A DNA stretch of 64,000 nucleotides from an uncultured Actinomycetota bacterium (GCA_963727125.1 CAVSEZ010000002.1:133281-197280); one strand, 5' to 3'. Positions 32,962 to 43,621 are shown, numbered from the stretch's first letter. Numbers and translations are program-made. Notes: a model not told the origin generated them from the sequence alone.

Positions 32962-33393
32962 ATGCCTCCCAAGAAGAAGGTCGCGGCGCTCGTCAAGGTG
33001 GCGCTGAACGCCGGCGCCGCGACACCCGCGCCGCCGGTCGGCACCGCCCTCGGTCCGCACGGCGTCAACATCATGGAGTTCTGCAAGGCGTACAACGCCG
33101 CGACCGAACCCATGCGCGGGAACGTGATCCCGGTCGAGATCACCATCTACGAAGACCGGTCGTTCACGTTCATCACCAAGACGCCGCCCGCGGCGGAGCT
33201 GATCAAGAAGGCGGCCGGGGTGCAGAAGGGCTCCGGTGTGCCGCAGCGGGACAAGGTCGGCAAGATCACCCGCGATCAGGTCCGCGAGATCGCCAACACC
33301 AAGCTCCCCGACCTCAACGCCAACGACGTCGATGCCGCGATGAAGATCGTCGAGGGCACCGCCCGCTCCATGGGCGTCCGGGTCGAGGGCTGA
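32962..33393 (+). CDS. rplK: 50S ribosomal protein L11
   Basis: [30 protein letters not shown]. Confidence 0.98.
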   Translation: MPPKKKVAALVKVALNAGAATPAPPVGTALGPHGVNIMEFCKAYNAATEPMRGNVIPVEITIYEDRSFTFITKTPPAAELIKKAAGVQKGSGVPQRDKVGKITRDQVREIANTKLPDLNANDVDAAMKIVEGTARSMGVRVEG

Positions 33394-33495
33394 CCGAACA
33401 AGGAAACCGTGGGAGGGCCGCGCAGCCCGAACCACACTGATCCAACAAACCGGGATCCGACTCTGGAGGATCTCGATCAAGAGAGGACAGACAGC

Positions 33496-34197
33496 ATGAA
33501 GCGCAGCAAGAACTACCGGGCCGCGGAGGCCACCATCGACGAGGCGAAGGTGTACCCGCCGGTGGAGGCTCTGGAGGTGGCCAAGGCCGGGTCCAAGGCG
33601 AAGTTCGACGAGACCGTCGACGTCTCGATCCGGCTCGGCGTGGATCCGCGCAAGGCGGACCAGATGGTGCGGGGCACCGTCAACCTGCCCAACGGGACCG
33701 GCAAGACCGCCCGGGTGCTCGTCTTCGCCACCGGTGATCGGGCCGAGGCGGCGCGGGCCGCGGGAGCCGACGAGATCGGTTCCGACGAGCTGATCGACAA
33801 GGTGCTCGGCGGCTACCTCGACTTCGACGCCGTGGTGGCCACCCCGGATCTGATGGGCAAGGTCGGCCGGCTCGGCCGCGTGCTGGGCCCCCGGGGACTG
33901 ATGCCGAACCCGAAGACCGGCACCGTCACGATGGACGTGGCCAAGGCGGTCTCCGACATCAAGGGCGGCAAGATCGAGTTCCGGGTCGACCGGCACGGCA
34001 ACCTCCACTTCATCATCGGCAAGGTGTCCTTCACCACCGAGCAGCTGGCGGAGAACTACTTCGCCGCACTGGAGGAGGTCGTTCGGCTGAAGCCGAGCGC
34101 GTCCAAGGGCCGTTACCTGCGCAAGGCCACCATCTCCACCACGATGGGGCCGGGTATCGCCGTCGACACCAACAAGGTCAAGCTCGACGCCGAATAG
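33496..34197 (+). CDS. rplA: 50S ribosomal protein L1
   Basis: [35 protein letters not shown]; ATG after GAGAGGA. Confidence 0.98.
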   Translation: MKRSKNYRAAEATIDEAKVYPPVEALEVAKAGSKAKFDETVDVSIRLGVDPRKADQMVRGTVNLPNGTGKTARVLVFATGDRAEAARAAGADEIGSDELIDKVLGGYLDFDAVVATPDLMGKVGRLGRVLGPRGLMPNPKTGTVTMDVAKAVSDIKGGKIEFRVDRHGNLHFIIGKVSFTTEQLAENYFAALEEVVRLKPSASKGRYLRKATISTTMGPGIAVDTNKVKLDAE

Positions 34198-34228
34198 GCC
34201 CGGGCGACGCCGAAGCTGAGCTGACGAC

Positions 34229-35044
34229 GTGCTCGTCGTCAGCTGGCTGGCGGCGGTCGTCGCCTGTCTGGGCTACGGGGCCGCCTCGGTGCTGGAGTCC
34301 GTCGGGGCCAAGCGGGCGGCGGCGATCACGGGGCTGAGCGGACTGGCGCTCGTCGTCCGTCAGCTGCCGTACCTCGTCGGGCTCGGACTCGACGGGGTCG
34401 CGTTCGCGGCCAACGTCGTGGCCCTCGATCAGCTGCCGCTGTTCCTCGTCCAGGCCGTCGTCGCGGCCAGCGTCGGGGTGACTGCGGTGATCGCGTGGCT
34501 GCGGGGTACCCGACTGGCGGTGCGGGACTGGATCTCGCTCGCCGTCCTCGGCGGCGGGCTGGTGCTGCTGAGCGTGGTCGCGGTTCCCACGGCCGCGACG
34601 CGGATCTCGCTGCTGGACGACTGGATCGTGCTGATCAGCGCCGTCGTGCCCCTGGCGCTCGGACTGATCGGGATGCGGATCGCGCCGAGGCGCTCGCCGG
34701 TCGTCTTGTCGGTCGCCGCCGGACTCGGATTCACCGGGGTCGCGGTCGCCGCCCGCGGTCTGAGTGCCGACGGGATCAGCTGGTCGGTGCTGTCGGACCC
34801 GCTCTGCTACGCGGTCCTGGTCCACGGTGCCATCGCCATGGCGTTCTTCACCGTCGCACTGCAGCGCGGATCGGTGACCTCGGTCGCGGCCATCACCTTC
34901 GTCATCGAAGTGGTCGCGCCGTCCCTGATCGGACTCGCGCTCTTCGGTGACCCGCTGCAGCCCGGAACGGGCGGCTTGGTGGTGCTCGGCCTCGTGCTCG
35001 CCGTCGGCGGCACGGTGTCGCTCAGCCGGTTCGGCTCCGGCTGA
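34229..35044 (+). CDS. Integral membrane protein (DMT-like)
   Basis: About nine hydrophobic segments, LPLFLVQ and ALQRGSV patterns. Confidence 0.7.
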   Translation: MLVVSWLAAVVACLGYGAASVLESVGAKRAAAITGLSGLALVVRQLPYLVGLGLDGVAFAANVVALDQLPLFLVQAVVAASVGVTAVIAWLRGTRLAVRDWISLAVLGGGLVLLSVVAVPTAATRISLLDDWIVLISAVVPLALGLIGMRIAPRRSPVVLSVAAGLGFTGVAVAARGLSADGISWSVLSDPLCYAVLVHGAIAMAFFTVALQRGSVTSVAAITFVIEVVAPSLIGLALFGDPLQPGTGGLVVLGLVLAVGGTVSLSRFGSG

Positions 35045-35065
35045 GCAGCACCGCGACCAGGGACC

Positions 35066-35944
35066 TCAGTCGAGGAACGCGCGCAGCGAACGGCGGATCC
35101 CGGCGGCGTCCAGCCCGTGCGCCCGGGCATGGTCCTCGGGTCGCCCGTAGTTGCGCAGCTCGGTGCGTCCCACGCCGAGCTCGAGCGAACGGTGCGGCAG
35201 GTCGGCCAGGGCCTCGGCCACCAGGCGGCTCGACGTGCCGGCCAGGTACGGCTCGACGAGCACCACGTCCCGGGCCGTCAGGGCACGTAGCCCGGCCGTG
35301 TCGAAGGGCCGCACGGTGGCGGCGTAGGCCACGGTGAGATCCAGGTCGCGACCGGCTTCGAGCACCGGGTCGAGCAGCGGCCCGACCGCGACGACCAGCG
35401 GCGCACCGGGCGTACCGCGGCGGAGGACCCGGAGCTCGGGCCCGATCCCGTACCCCCGGGAGTTCTCCGTCGCCGACAAGCGGAGGTAGACCCGGTCGTC
35501 GCGACCGGCCGCGGCCCGGAGTGCGGCAGCCACCTCGTCGCGGTGCCCGGGCACGTGGATGGTCCAGCCCTCCAGCGTGTCCAGCAGCGCGACGTCACCG
35601 GGGGACTGGTGGGTGTAGCCCTCACCGGACGCGTCGTAGGAGGCGCCGATGCTGACCAGGACGGCGCCGACGTCTTGATGACCGAGGTCGAGCTTCACCT
35701 GCTCGTACGCCCGGTCGATGAGGAACGGAGTGTAGGAGTGGAGAAAGGGCCGCATGCCGGTGAGCGCCAGCCCGCCGGCCACCCCGGTCATCAGGGCCTC
35801 GCGGATCCCGACGTTGACCACCCGATCCGGGTGCCGGCGGCGGACCGGTTCGAACTGGGCGGCCGAGATGTCGGCGAGCACGACGGCCGTCCGGGGATCT
35901 TCCTCGAGCAGCGTCGTGGTGGTGTCGATGAACGTCTGCCTCAT
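35066..35944 (-). CDS. Transketolase C-terminal (pyrimidine-binding) subunit
   Basis: NVGIREALM, RAYEQVKLD, GYTHQ, VYLRL. Confidence 0.9.
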   Translation of the reverse strand: MRQTFIDTTTTLLEEDPRTAVVLADISAAQFEPVRRRHPDRVVNVGIREALMTGVAGGLALTGMRPFLHSYTPFLIDRAYEQVKLDLGHQDVGAVLVSIGASYDASGEGYTHQSPGDVALLDTLEGWTIHVPGHRDEVAAALRAAAGRDDRVYLRLSATENSRGYGIGPELRVLRRGTPGAPLVVAVGPLLDPVLEAGRDLDLTVAYAATVRPFDTAGLRALTARDVVLVEPYLAGTSSRLVAEALADLPHRSLELGVGRTELRNYGRPEDHARAHGLDAAGIRRSLRAFLD

Positions 35945-36627
35945 GCCGATCTCCCTTCCACCTCGGCGACCACCAGATCCGGGCGGTCGCGAGGTCGGTC
36001 CTCCAGCGCGTGGCGGAGCTCGTCATGGTCGTGGCCGTCCACCACGGTCGTGTCCCAGCCGACGAACCGGGAGACGATCCCGCCCGGCCAGCCGTGGGTG
36101 GCCGAGTGGTTGTCGACGACGACGGCGGTCAGTGGCAGCCTGATCGCTGCCGCGAACGCGATCGCCTCGTGGTTGGAGCCCTCGTCCAGCTCGGCGTCGC
36201 CGAGCAGGACGACCGTCCGGGTCTCGGAGAAGCCCTGGGCCCGGAGGCCGAGGGCGGTGCCGATCGCCAGGCCGAGGCCGTGGCCGAGTGAGCCGGTGCC
36301 GATCTCGACGCCCGGGATCAGCACCCGGTCCGGGTGCCAGCCGAGCGGGCTGTCCCAGGCGCCGGCTCCGTCCAGCCACTCAGCCGGGAAGAACCCCTTG
36401 GCGGCGAGCACGGCGTAGTAGGCGGCCGGGCCGTGGCCCTTGGACAGGAGGAACCGATCGCGATCGGGTGCCTGCACGCTATCCGGGCCGACCCGCAGGA
36501 TCTGGTCGTACAGGACCCAGATCACATCGAGGGTGGAGTTGGCGCTGGGGGAGTGTTTCTCGTCGCCGGTGAGCCGCGTCAGCAAGGGGCCGACCGCAGC
36601 GAACGGCTGGGCAGTGGTGACGGTCAT
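35941..36627 (-). CDS. Transketolase N-terminal (ThDP-binding) subunit
   Basis: DRFLLSKGH, TGSLGHGL, GDAELDEGSNHEA; ATGA overlap with the partner gene. Confidence 0.9.
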   Translation of the reverse strand: MTVTTAQPFAAVGPLLTRLTGDEKHSPSANSTLDVIWVLYDQILRVGPDSVQAPDRDRFLLSKGHGPAAYYAVLAAKGFFPAEWLDGAGAWDSPLGWHPDRVLIPGVEIGTGSLGHGLGLAIGTALGLRAQGFSETRTVVLLGDAELDEGSNHEAIAFAAAIRLPLTAVVVDNHSATHGWPGGIVSRFVGWDTTVVDGHDHDELRHALEDRPRDRPDLVVAEVEGRSA

Positions 36628-36633
36628 GAACCC

Positions 36634-36664
36634 AGGATGTGAGTTCAAGTCAGGTTCAGGTCAA
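36634..36664 (-). promoter_or_regulatory. MerR/SoxR-type promoter-operator, leaderless
   Basis: TTGACC-19bp-CATCCT-6bp-ATG; ACCTGAACCTGACTTGAACT overlapping the -35 resembles the SoxR box. Confidence 0.65.
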
Positions 36665-36682
36665 GCGACAGGAACCGGGCGA

Positions 36683-37177
36683 TCAGACCGGTGGTGCTCC
36701 GGCCAGTCGCTCCAGCGCCGGCCCGGTGAGCCGGAACACGGTCCACTCGTCCATCGCCACGGCGCCGATCCGACGGTAGAAGTCGATCGAGGGCTGGTTC
36801 CAGTCGAGCACCCACCACTCGACCCGGGCGTAGCCGCGCTCCGAGGCGATGGTGGCCAGTCGGGTCAGCAGCGCCTTGCCCAGTCCGGTGCCCCGGTGCT
36901 CCGGCTCGACGAACAGGTCCTCGAGGTAGATCCCGTGCGTCCCCTCCCAGGTGGAGAAGTTGAGGAAGTAGAGCGCGAATCCGACGACCCGGCCGTCGAG
37001 CTCCGCCACCAGGGCGTGGACGGCGGGTGCGGGCCCGAAGAGGGCCTGCCGGAGCTGCTCCTCGCCCGCCTTGACCTGGTCCACGGCTCGTTCGTAGCGA
37101 GCGAGCTCGACGATCAGCTCGCGGATCCTCTTGACGTCGTCGGGTCCGGCCTCTCGGATCACCTGGCTGCTGGTCAC
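36683..37177 (-). CDS. GNAT-family N-acetyltransferase (SSAT-like)
   Basis: ELARYE, NFSTWEG..GIYLEDLFV..EHRGTGLG, VLDWNQPSIDFY; start approximate. Confidence 0.9.
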   Translation of the reverse strand: MTSSQVIREAGPDDVKRIRELIVELARYERAVDQVKAGEEQLRQALFGPAPAVHALVAELDGRVVGFALYFLNFSTWEGTHGIYLEDLFVEPEHRGTGLGKALLTRLATIASERGYARVEWWVLDWNQPSIDFYRRIGAVAMDEWTVFRLTGPALERLAGAPPV

Positions 37178-37312
37178 GCGCGTCAGGCTAGCCAGCCGGT
37201 GCGCGCCGACGTCCAGCGAGACCGTCCCCGAGAACAGCAAGGACCGGGAGTCCGGAGATCGAGATCGATCTCGGGGCTCCCGGTCCCGCAGTGTCGTGCG
37301 GACCCGGTCGGA

Positions 37313-38041
37313 TCAGCCGGCGGGGCGGCTGGCGCCCGCGTACGGCATGTACTTGATCGGGATGTACTCCACCCGCTTGCGGGGGTTCGGTGCGTGGATG
37401 ACCTTGCCGTTGCCGGCGTAGATGCCGACGTGGTGGATCGGGTGGTAGAAGTACACGAGGTCACCGAGCCGCAGGTTCGATCGGGAGACCCGCTTGCCGA
37501 CCTTGCGCTGGTTGCCCGCGTGGTGGGGCAGCTTGACCCCGGCCTTCGCCCACGCCTTCATGGTGAGACCCGAGCAGTCCCACACGTTCGGGCCGGCGCC
37601 GGCGAACCGGTACCGCTCACCGAGCTGAGCCTTCGCGAAGGCCAGGGCGGTGCGGCCCTTCGACGACGACCCCTTCGACGACGAGCTGCTCTTCGCCGAG
37701 GCCTTCTGCTTCTTGGCGGCCTTCTTCAGGACCGACCAGGTCTTCTTGGTGACCTTGCCGGAGGCGGAGATGTGCTTCTTCCGCTGGAACTTCTTGACCT
37801 TGGCGGCGTCGGAGGACGAGAACGAGCCGTCCACCGAGACGGCGTATCCGTTCTTCCGCAACAGGCACTGAGCCGCCTTGGCGTGCGCGCCCCGTGATCC
37901 GGTCTGAACCGTCCGGTAGCCGTCGAGCTTCCCCGTGCACGACGCCGCCTCGGCCGGCAGCTGGAACCCGACGAGTACCCCTATCGCCAGCGCCATGACG
38001 GCGACCAGAGACGCCCCCCGGCTGAGAATCTTCTTGCCCAT
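37313..38041 (-). CDS. Secreted NlpC/P60 endopeptidase with peptidoglycan-binding domain
   Basis: Signal peptide (AEA), PG-binding motif (VDGSF...VKKFQ...SGKV...TW), WDCSGL, HVGIYAG. Confidence 0.92.
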   Translation of the reverse strand: MGKKILSRGASLVAVMALAIGVLVGFQLPAEAASCTGKLDGYRTVQTGSRGAHAKAAQCLLRKNGYAVSVDGSFSSSDAAKVKKFQRKKHISASGKVTKKTWSVLKKAAKKQKASAKSSSSSKGSSSKGRTALAFAKAQLGERYRFAGAGPNVWDCSGLTMKAWAKAGVKLPHHAGNQRKVGKRVSRSNLRLGDLVYFYHPIHHVGIYAGNGKVIHAPNPRKRVEYIPIKYMPYAGASRPAG

Positions 38042-38232
38042 GTAGTGGTTTCCCCTCTGTGGCATTGACCGGCCTCGGTGGACTACGTTGTCCACGACCG
38101 GCTCGCGCACGTTATCAAACTGAGATCTTCTATGCCATAGCTCAGGATTTTCTTGCTTTGAAGCGTTTTCCCGTGACCTGGCCGAGATCTCGGGGATCCG
38201 ATCCGGCAGTTCACCAGCGCGAGGTATCGGAT

Positions 38233-38261
38233 TTGGTCCCGTTGTGGTCCCCCCGTAGACT
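38233..38261 (+). promoter_or_regulatory. Putative rplJL promoter
   Basis: TTGGTC-17bp-TAGACT just before the leader. Confidence 0.55.
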
Positions 38262-38267
38262 GGCCAC

Positions 38268-38410
38268 CTGCCGAAGACCGCTGGTTGATCGAGTGCTCCT
38301 CGATCCGAAGAACCCGAGACCGGGTGGCCCGCGCAGGTGATCGAAGAGCAACGACCGGCTGACCGGTCGTCCCGCCCTGGTGTCGCCTGTGCACCCAGGG
38401 CTTTTTCTTT
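38268..38410 (+). ncRNA. L10 ribosomal protein leader (cis-regulatory RNA)
   Basis: CCGAAGACCGCTGGT...GCCCGCGCAGG, the actinobacterial-style L10 leader core, directly upstream of rplJ. Confidence 0.8.
38374..38410 (+). terminator. Intrinsic terminator/attenuator in the rplJ leader
   Basis: GCCCTGG...CCAGGGC stem followed by TTTTTCTTT. Confidence 0.75.
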
Positions 38411-38478
38411 GCCTGATCCAGGGATCTGCGCGCGGAGGTTGTTGCTACTCCCGTAGCGAGAAGAACTGGAGGACACAT

Positions 38479-39180
38479 ATGGCGAGTCCGGACAAGGTTG
38501 CCGCTGTCGCGGAGCTGACCGAGAGGTTCAGCAACTCCTCAGGGGCCGTGCTCACCGAGTACCGCGGGTTGTCGGTGAAGGCGCTCAAGGAACTGCGCCG
38601 TTCACTCGGCGACGACGCCACCTATGCCGTGTCGAAGAACACGCTGACCACCATCGCGGCCCGCGAGGCCGGCGTCGACGGCGTCGAGCCGCTCCTGGTC
38701 GGGCCGACCGCGATCGCCTTCATCGACGGCGACCCGGTGCTGGTGGCCAAGGGGCTGCGTGACTTCGCGCGGACCAACCCGTTCCTGGTGATCAAGGGTG
38801 GCGTGCTGGACGGCAAGCCGCTGACCGCCGAGGACGTGCGCAAGCTGGCCGATCTCGAATCCCGCGAGGTGCTGTTGGCGAAGGTCGCCGGCGGCATGCT
38901 GGGGGTGCTGCAGCAGGCCATCGGTCTGGTCAGCGCGCCGCTCTCGCAGGCGGCCCGGCTGTTCGCGGCGCTGCAGCAGGCTGCGGAGAACGATCCCGCC
39001 CTGCTGGCCGAGGGCGGCACGAGCACCGAGTCGAGCACCGAGTCGAGCACCGAGTCGAGCACCGAGTCGAGCACCGAATCGAGCACCGAACCGACGAACG
39101 AGGAGCTGGCTACCGGCGACTCGAGCGCCGAGCCCACCAACGAGGAGCTGGCAGCTCAGTCCAGCTCCGAGCCCACCTGA
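38479..39180 (+). CDS. rplJ: 50S ribosomal protein L10 with repetitive acidic C-terminal tail (may extend to 39263)
   Basis: [35 protein letters not shown]; GGAGG RBS. Confidence 0.96.
   Translation: MASPDKVAAVAELTERFSNSSGAVLTEYRGLSVKALKELRRSLGDDATYAVSKNTLTTIAAREAGVDGVEPLLVGPTAIAFIDGDPVLVAKGLRDFARTNPFLVIKGGVLDGKPLTAEDVRKLADLESREVLLAKVAGGMLGVLQQAIGLVSAPLSQAARLFAALQQAAENDPALLAEGGTSTESSTESSTESSTESSTESSTEPTNEELATGDSSAEPTNEELAAQSSSEPT
39021..39090 (+). repeat. 12-bp coding tandem repeat (STES)n
   Basis: GAGCACCGARTC five times plus a partial sixth copy. Confidence 0.9.
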
Positions 39181-39278
39181 CGCGGCAACCGCTGCCGAAC
39201 CCACCCGACGCGGCGTCCGCCGCCGAGGACCATCCCGCAGCAGCCGCTGCAGAAGACGAATAAGGAAGGACCGCCATC

Positions 39279-39674
39279 ATGGCGAAGCTCAGCACCGACG
39301 AGCTCCTGGACGCGTTCAAGGAGCTGACCCTGATCGAGCTCAGTGAGTTCGTGAAGCAGTTCGAGGACACCTTCGGCGTCACCGCCGCCGCTCCGGTGGC
39401 CGTGGCCGCCGCGGCCCCCGCCGCCGGTGGTGGCGACGGCGCCGCTGCCGAGGAAGAGGAGAGCGACGAGGTCGACGTCATCCTCGAGGCGGCCGGCGAG
39501 AAGAAGATCCAGGTCATCAAGGAGGTGCGCACCCTCACCAGCCTCGGTCTCAAGGAGGCCAAGGAGCTGGTCGAGGCCGCGCCGAAGGCCGTCTTGGAGA
39601 AGGTCACCAAGGAAGCCGCCAACAAGGCGAAGGAAGCCCTCGAGGGCGCCGGCGCCTCGGTGACCGTCAAGTAA
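39279..39674 (+). CDS. rplL: 50S ribosomal protein L7/L12
   Basis: [39 protein letters not shown]. Confidence 0.98.
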   Translation: MAKLSTDELLDAFKELTLIELSEFVKQFEDTFGVTAAAPVAVAAAAPAAGGGDGAAAEEEESDEVDVILEAAGEKKIQVIKEVRTLTSLGLKEAKELVEAAPKAVLEKVTKEAANKAKEALEGAGASVTVK

Positions 39675-39697
39675 GGGTCACTCGACACCGTTCGACG

Positions 39698-39741
39698 ATC
39701 GGGCGGCGCCCGCACCACCTCGGTGCGGACGCCGCCCGATT
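39698..39741 (+). terminator. Hairpin after rplL (probable terminator)
   Basis: ATCGGGCGGCGCCCGCACC...GGTGCGGACGCCGCCCGAT inverted repeat. Confidence 0.65.
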
Positions 39742-39887
39742 CGCGTCCGCGGTCCCCGGCGTCGAGAAGCGCCCGGGACGTCTCGTACCGGCCTCGGGCG
39801 GGGGTCCTTGTCAACGGCCCGGCGACGAGTATGCTCTTCGCCAAGGCGGGTCGATTTGACCGCCCGGCTCCGCCCTGCCCGCAGGAC

Positions 39888-39916
39888 TTGACCTGCGGAT
39901 GATTCGCGGCTATATT
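39888..39916 (+). promoter_or_regulatory. Putative rpoBC promoter
   Basis: TTGACC-17bp-TATATT; a second candidate TTGTCA-16bp-TATGCT lies at 39808-39835. Confidence 0.65.
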
Positions 39917-40020
39917 CGGGGTTTGCCCTCGCCATTTCGACGACCCGTTTCGTTTGACACGGGCTGTTTGTCATGCCTACGAGTGCTCAACTCAACTGCG
40001 AGTCTGGGAAGGACCCACTG

Positions 40021-43000
40021 TTGGCCGCCTCGCGCACCACTTTGACTAGCTCTGCAATCTCTCCAACCGGCCGGATCTCGTTCGCGAAGATCGCCGAACC
40101 CATGGAAGTACCGGATCTGCTGGATCTGCAGATCGACTCCTTCGACTGGCTGGTCGGCAACGACGCCTGGCGGGACGGGGTGGAGATCGCCCTCGGGGAG
40201 GGCCGCACCGACATCAACACCAAGTCCGGGCTGGAGGAGATCTTCGAGGAGATCTCCCCGATCGAGGACTTCTCCGGGACCATGTCGCTCTCGTTCCGCG
40301 ATCACCGGTTCGAGCCGCCGAAGAACAGCGTCGACGAGTGCAAGGACCGCGACGTCACCTACGCCGCGCCGCTGTTCGTCACCGCCGAGTTCATGAACAA
40401 CGAGACCGGCGAGATCAAGAGCCAGACCGTGTTCATGGGTGACTTCCCGCTGATGACCGACAAGGGCACCTTCGTCATCAACGGCACCGAGCGGGTCGTG
40501 GTGTCGCAGCTGGTGCGCTAGCCCCGGTGTCTACTTCGAGCAGACCACCGACAAGACCTCCGACAAGGACATCTTCACCTGCAAGATCATCCCGTCGCGC
40601 GGTGCGTGGCTGGAGTTCGAGATCGACAAGCGGGACATGGTCGGGGTCCGGTTGGACCGCAAGCGCAAGCAGAACGTCACCGTGCTGCTGAAGGCGCTCG
40701 GCTGGGACGACGCGAAGATCCTCGAGGAGTTCGGGGAGTACGAGTCGATGCGGCTCACCCTGGAGAAGGACCACACCTCGACCCAGGACGAGGCGCTGCT
40801 CGACATCTACCGCAAGCTCCGCCCGGGAGAGCCGCCGACCCGCGAGGCCGCGCAGGCGCTGCTGGAGAACTACTACTTCAACCCGAAGCGGTACGACCTG
40901 GCCAAGGTCGGTCGGTACAAGATCAACAAGAAGCTCGGCCTCGACATCGCGTTCGACACGCAGGTGCTGAGCGTCGAGGACATCGTGGCCGCCATCCGCT
41001 TCGTGGTGGCGCTGCACGAGGGTCGCGAGACGCTGCCCGCCCCGCGCGGTGAGCTGATCGTCGAAGAGGACGACATCGACCACTTCGGCAACCGCCGGCT
41101 GCGGACGGTGGGTGAGCTGATCCAGAACCAGCTGCGTACCGGTCTCGGCCGGATGGAGCGGGTCGTCCGGGACCGGATGACCACCCAGGACGTCGAGGCG
41201 ATCACGCCGCAGACCCTGATCAACATCCGGCCGGTGGTGGCGGCGCTGAAGGAGTTCTTCGGCACCTCCCAGCTCAGCCAGTTCATGGACCAGACCAACC
41301 CGATCGCCGGTCTGACCCACAAGCGGCGGCTGTCGGCCCTCGGCCCGGGCGGTCTGTCCCGGGATCGCGCCGGCATGGAGGTTCGCGACGTCCACACCTC
41401 CCACTACGGGCGGATGTGTCCGATCGAGACCCCGGAAGGCCCGAACATCGGCCTGATCGGGTCGCTGGCCAGCTTCGCCCGGGTCAACGCGTTCGGTTTC
41501 GTCGAGACGCCGTACCGCAAGGTCGAGGCCGGTCGGGTCACCGACCAGGTCGAGTACGTGACCGCTGACGTCGAGGACCGCTTCGTCATCGCGCAGGCCA
41601 ACGCCAAGCTGGACGAGAACGGCCGCTTCACCGAGGAGCGGGTGCTGGTCCGCAAGCGTCACGGCGAGGCCGACGAGGTCGCGCCGGAGGACGTGCACTA
41701 CATGGACGTGTCGCCGCGGCAGATGGTGTCCGTCGCCACCGCGATGATCCCGTTCCTCGAGCACGACGACGCATCGCGAGCCCTGATGGGCTCGAACATG
41801 CAGCGCCAGGCCGTGCCGCTGATCCGTTCCGACGCCCCGTTCGTGGGCACCGGCATGGAGTACCGCGGTGCGGTGGACGCCGGTGACGTCACCGTCGCCA
41901 GCCAGGCCGGCGTGGTCACCTCGGTGAGCGCCGACCTGATCGACATCGCGCACGACGACGGCACCTACAAGACGCTACCGGCTGAGCAAGTTCCGTCGCT
42001 CCAACCAGGGCACCTGCATCAACCAGCGCCCGCTGGTCACCGAGGGGCAGCGGGTCGAGAAGGGTTCGCCGCTCGCCGACGGTCCCTGCACCGACAACGC
42101 CGAGATGGCGCTGGGCCGCAACCTGCTGGTCGCGTTCATGCCCTGGGAGGGTCACAACTACGAGGACGCGATCATCTTGTCCTCGCGCCTCGTGCAGGAC
42201 GACGTGCTCACCTCGATCCACATCGAGGAGCACGAGGTCGACGCCCGGGACACCAAGCTCGGCGCCGAGGAGATCACCCGGGACATCCCGAACGTCAGCG
42301 AGGAGATGCTGGCCGATCTCGACGAGCGGGGGATCATCCGGATCGGGGCCGAGGTCTCGACCGGCGACATCCTGGTCGGCAAGGTCACCCCGAAGGGCGA
42401 GACCGAGCTGACCCCGGAGGAGCGGCTGCTGCGCGCGATCTTCGGTGAGAAGGCCCGCGAGGTCCGCGACACCTCCCTCAAGGTGCCGCACGGTGAGTCC
42501 GGCACGGTGATCGGGGTCCGGGTCTTCGACCGCGACTCCGAGGACGAGCTGGCTCCCGGGGTCAACCAGCTGGTGCGGGTCTACGTGGCGCAGAAACGGA
42601 AGATCTCCAACGGCGACAAGCTCGCCGGCCGGCACGGCAACAAGGGCGTCATCTCCAAGATCCTGCCGATCGAGGACATGCCGTTCCTCGAGGACGGGAC
42701 CGCGGTCGACATCGTGCTCAACCCGCTCGGCGTGCCGAGCCGGATGAACGTCGGTCAGGTGCTGGAGACCCACCTCGGGTGGGTGGCCAAGACCGGCTGG
42801 GATCTCGACGGCGCCGAGGGCGAATGGGCCGACCGGCTGCGTGACGTCGGTCTCGGCCACGTCGACGGTGACCAGCGGCTCGCGACGCCGGTGTTCGACG
42901 GCGCGACCGAAGCGGAGATCACCGGTCTCCTCGGTCACTCGCTGCCGAGCCGCGACGGCGAACGCCTGGTCAACGCCGACGGCAAGGCCCGGCTCTTCGA

Positions 43001-43505
43001 CGGCCGCTCCGGCGAGCCGTTCCCCGAGCCGGTGGGTGTCGGCTACATCTACATGCTGAAGCTCCACCACCTCGTCGACGACAAGATCCACGCCCGCTCC
43101 ACGGGTCCGTACTCGATGATCACCCAGCAGCCGCTGGGCGGTAAGGCGCAGTTCGGTGGCCAGCGGTTCGGCGAGATGGAGGTCTGGGCCCTCGAGGCGT
43201 ACGGGGCGGCCTGGGCGCTGCAGGAGCTGCTGACCATCAAGTCCGACGACGTGCCGGGCCGGGTCAAGGTGTACGAGGCCATCGTCAAGGGCGAGAACAT
43301 CCCCGAGCCGGGCATCCCCGAGTCGTTCAAGGTGCTGGTCAAGGAGATGAAGTCGCTGTGCCTGAACGTCGAGGTGCTGTCCAGTGACGGCTCCGAGGTC
43401 GAGCTCAAGGACTCCGACGACGACAACTACCGGGCGTCCGACGAGTTCGGCATCGACCTCTCCCGTCGACCGGGTGAGCAGTACGGCGGCGTCGAAGAGG
43501 TCTGA
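40021..43505 (+). CDS. rpoB: RNA polymerase beta subunit (frameshifts near 40520 and 41975)
   Basis: [55 protein letters not shown]; TTG start after GGAAGGA. Confidence 0.97.
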
Positions 43506-43523
43506 GCTGAACACGACGTTGGT

Positions 43524-43565
43524 CGAATCTGTCGGAGCCGCGCACCAGCCGCTCCGACAGGTTCG
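43524..43565. repeat. Degenerate REP-like inverted pair between rpoB and rpoC
   Basis: CGAATCTGTCGGAGC...GCTCCGACAGGTTCG, similar to the GAGCCTGTCGAAG core. Confidence 0.55.
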
Positions 43566-43621
43566 GGGAACGCCACCGAACAACCTGAGATGACGAGTAA
43601 CTAAAGAGAAGAGATACATCA

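Noticed and set aside
41260-41350. Rifampicin-resistance-type substitutions in RpoB (TNPIAGLTH versus NNPLSGLTH)
   Set aside because: The key Asp, His and Ser residues are intact, and such variants appear to be ordinary lineage polymorphism
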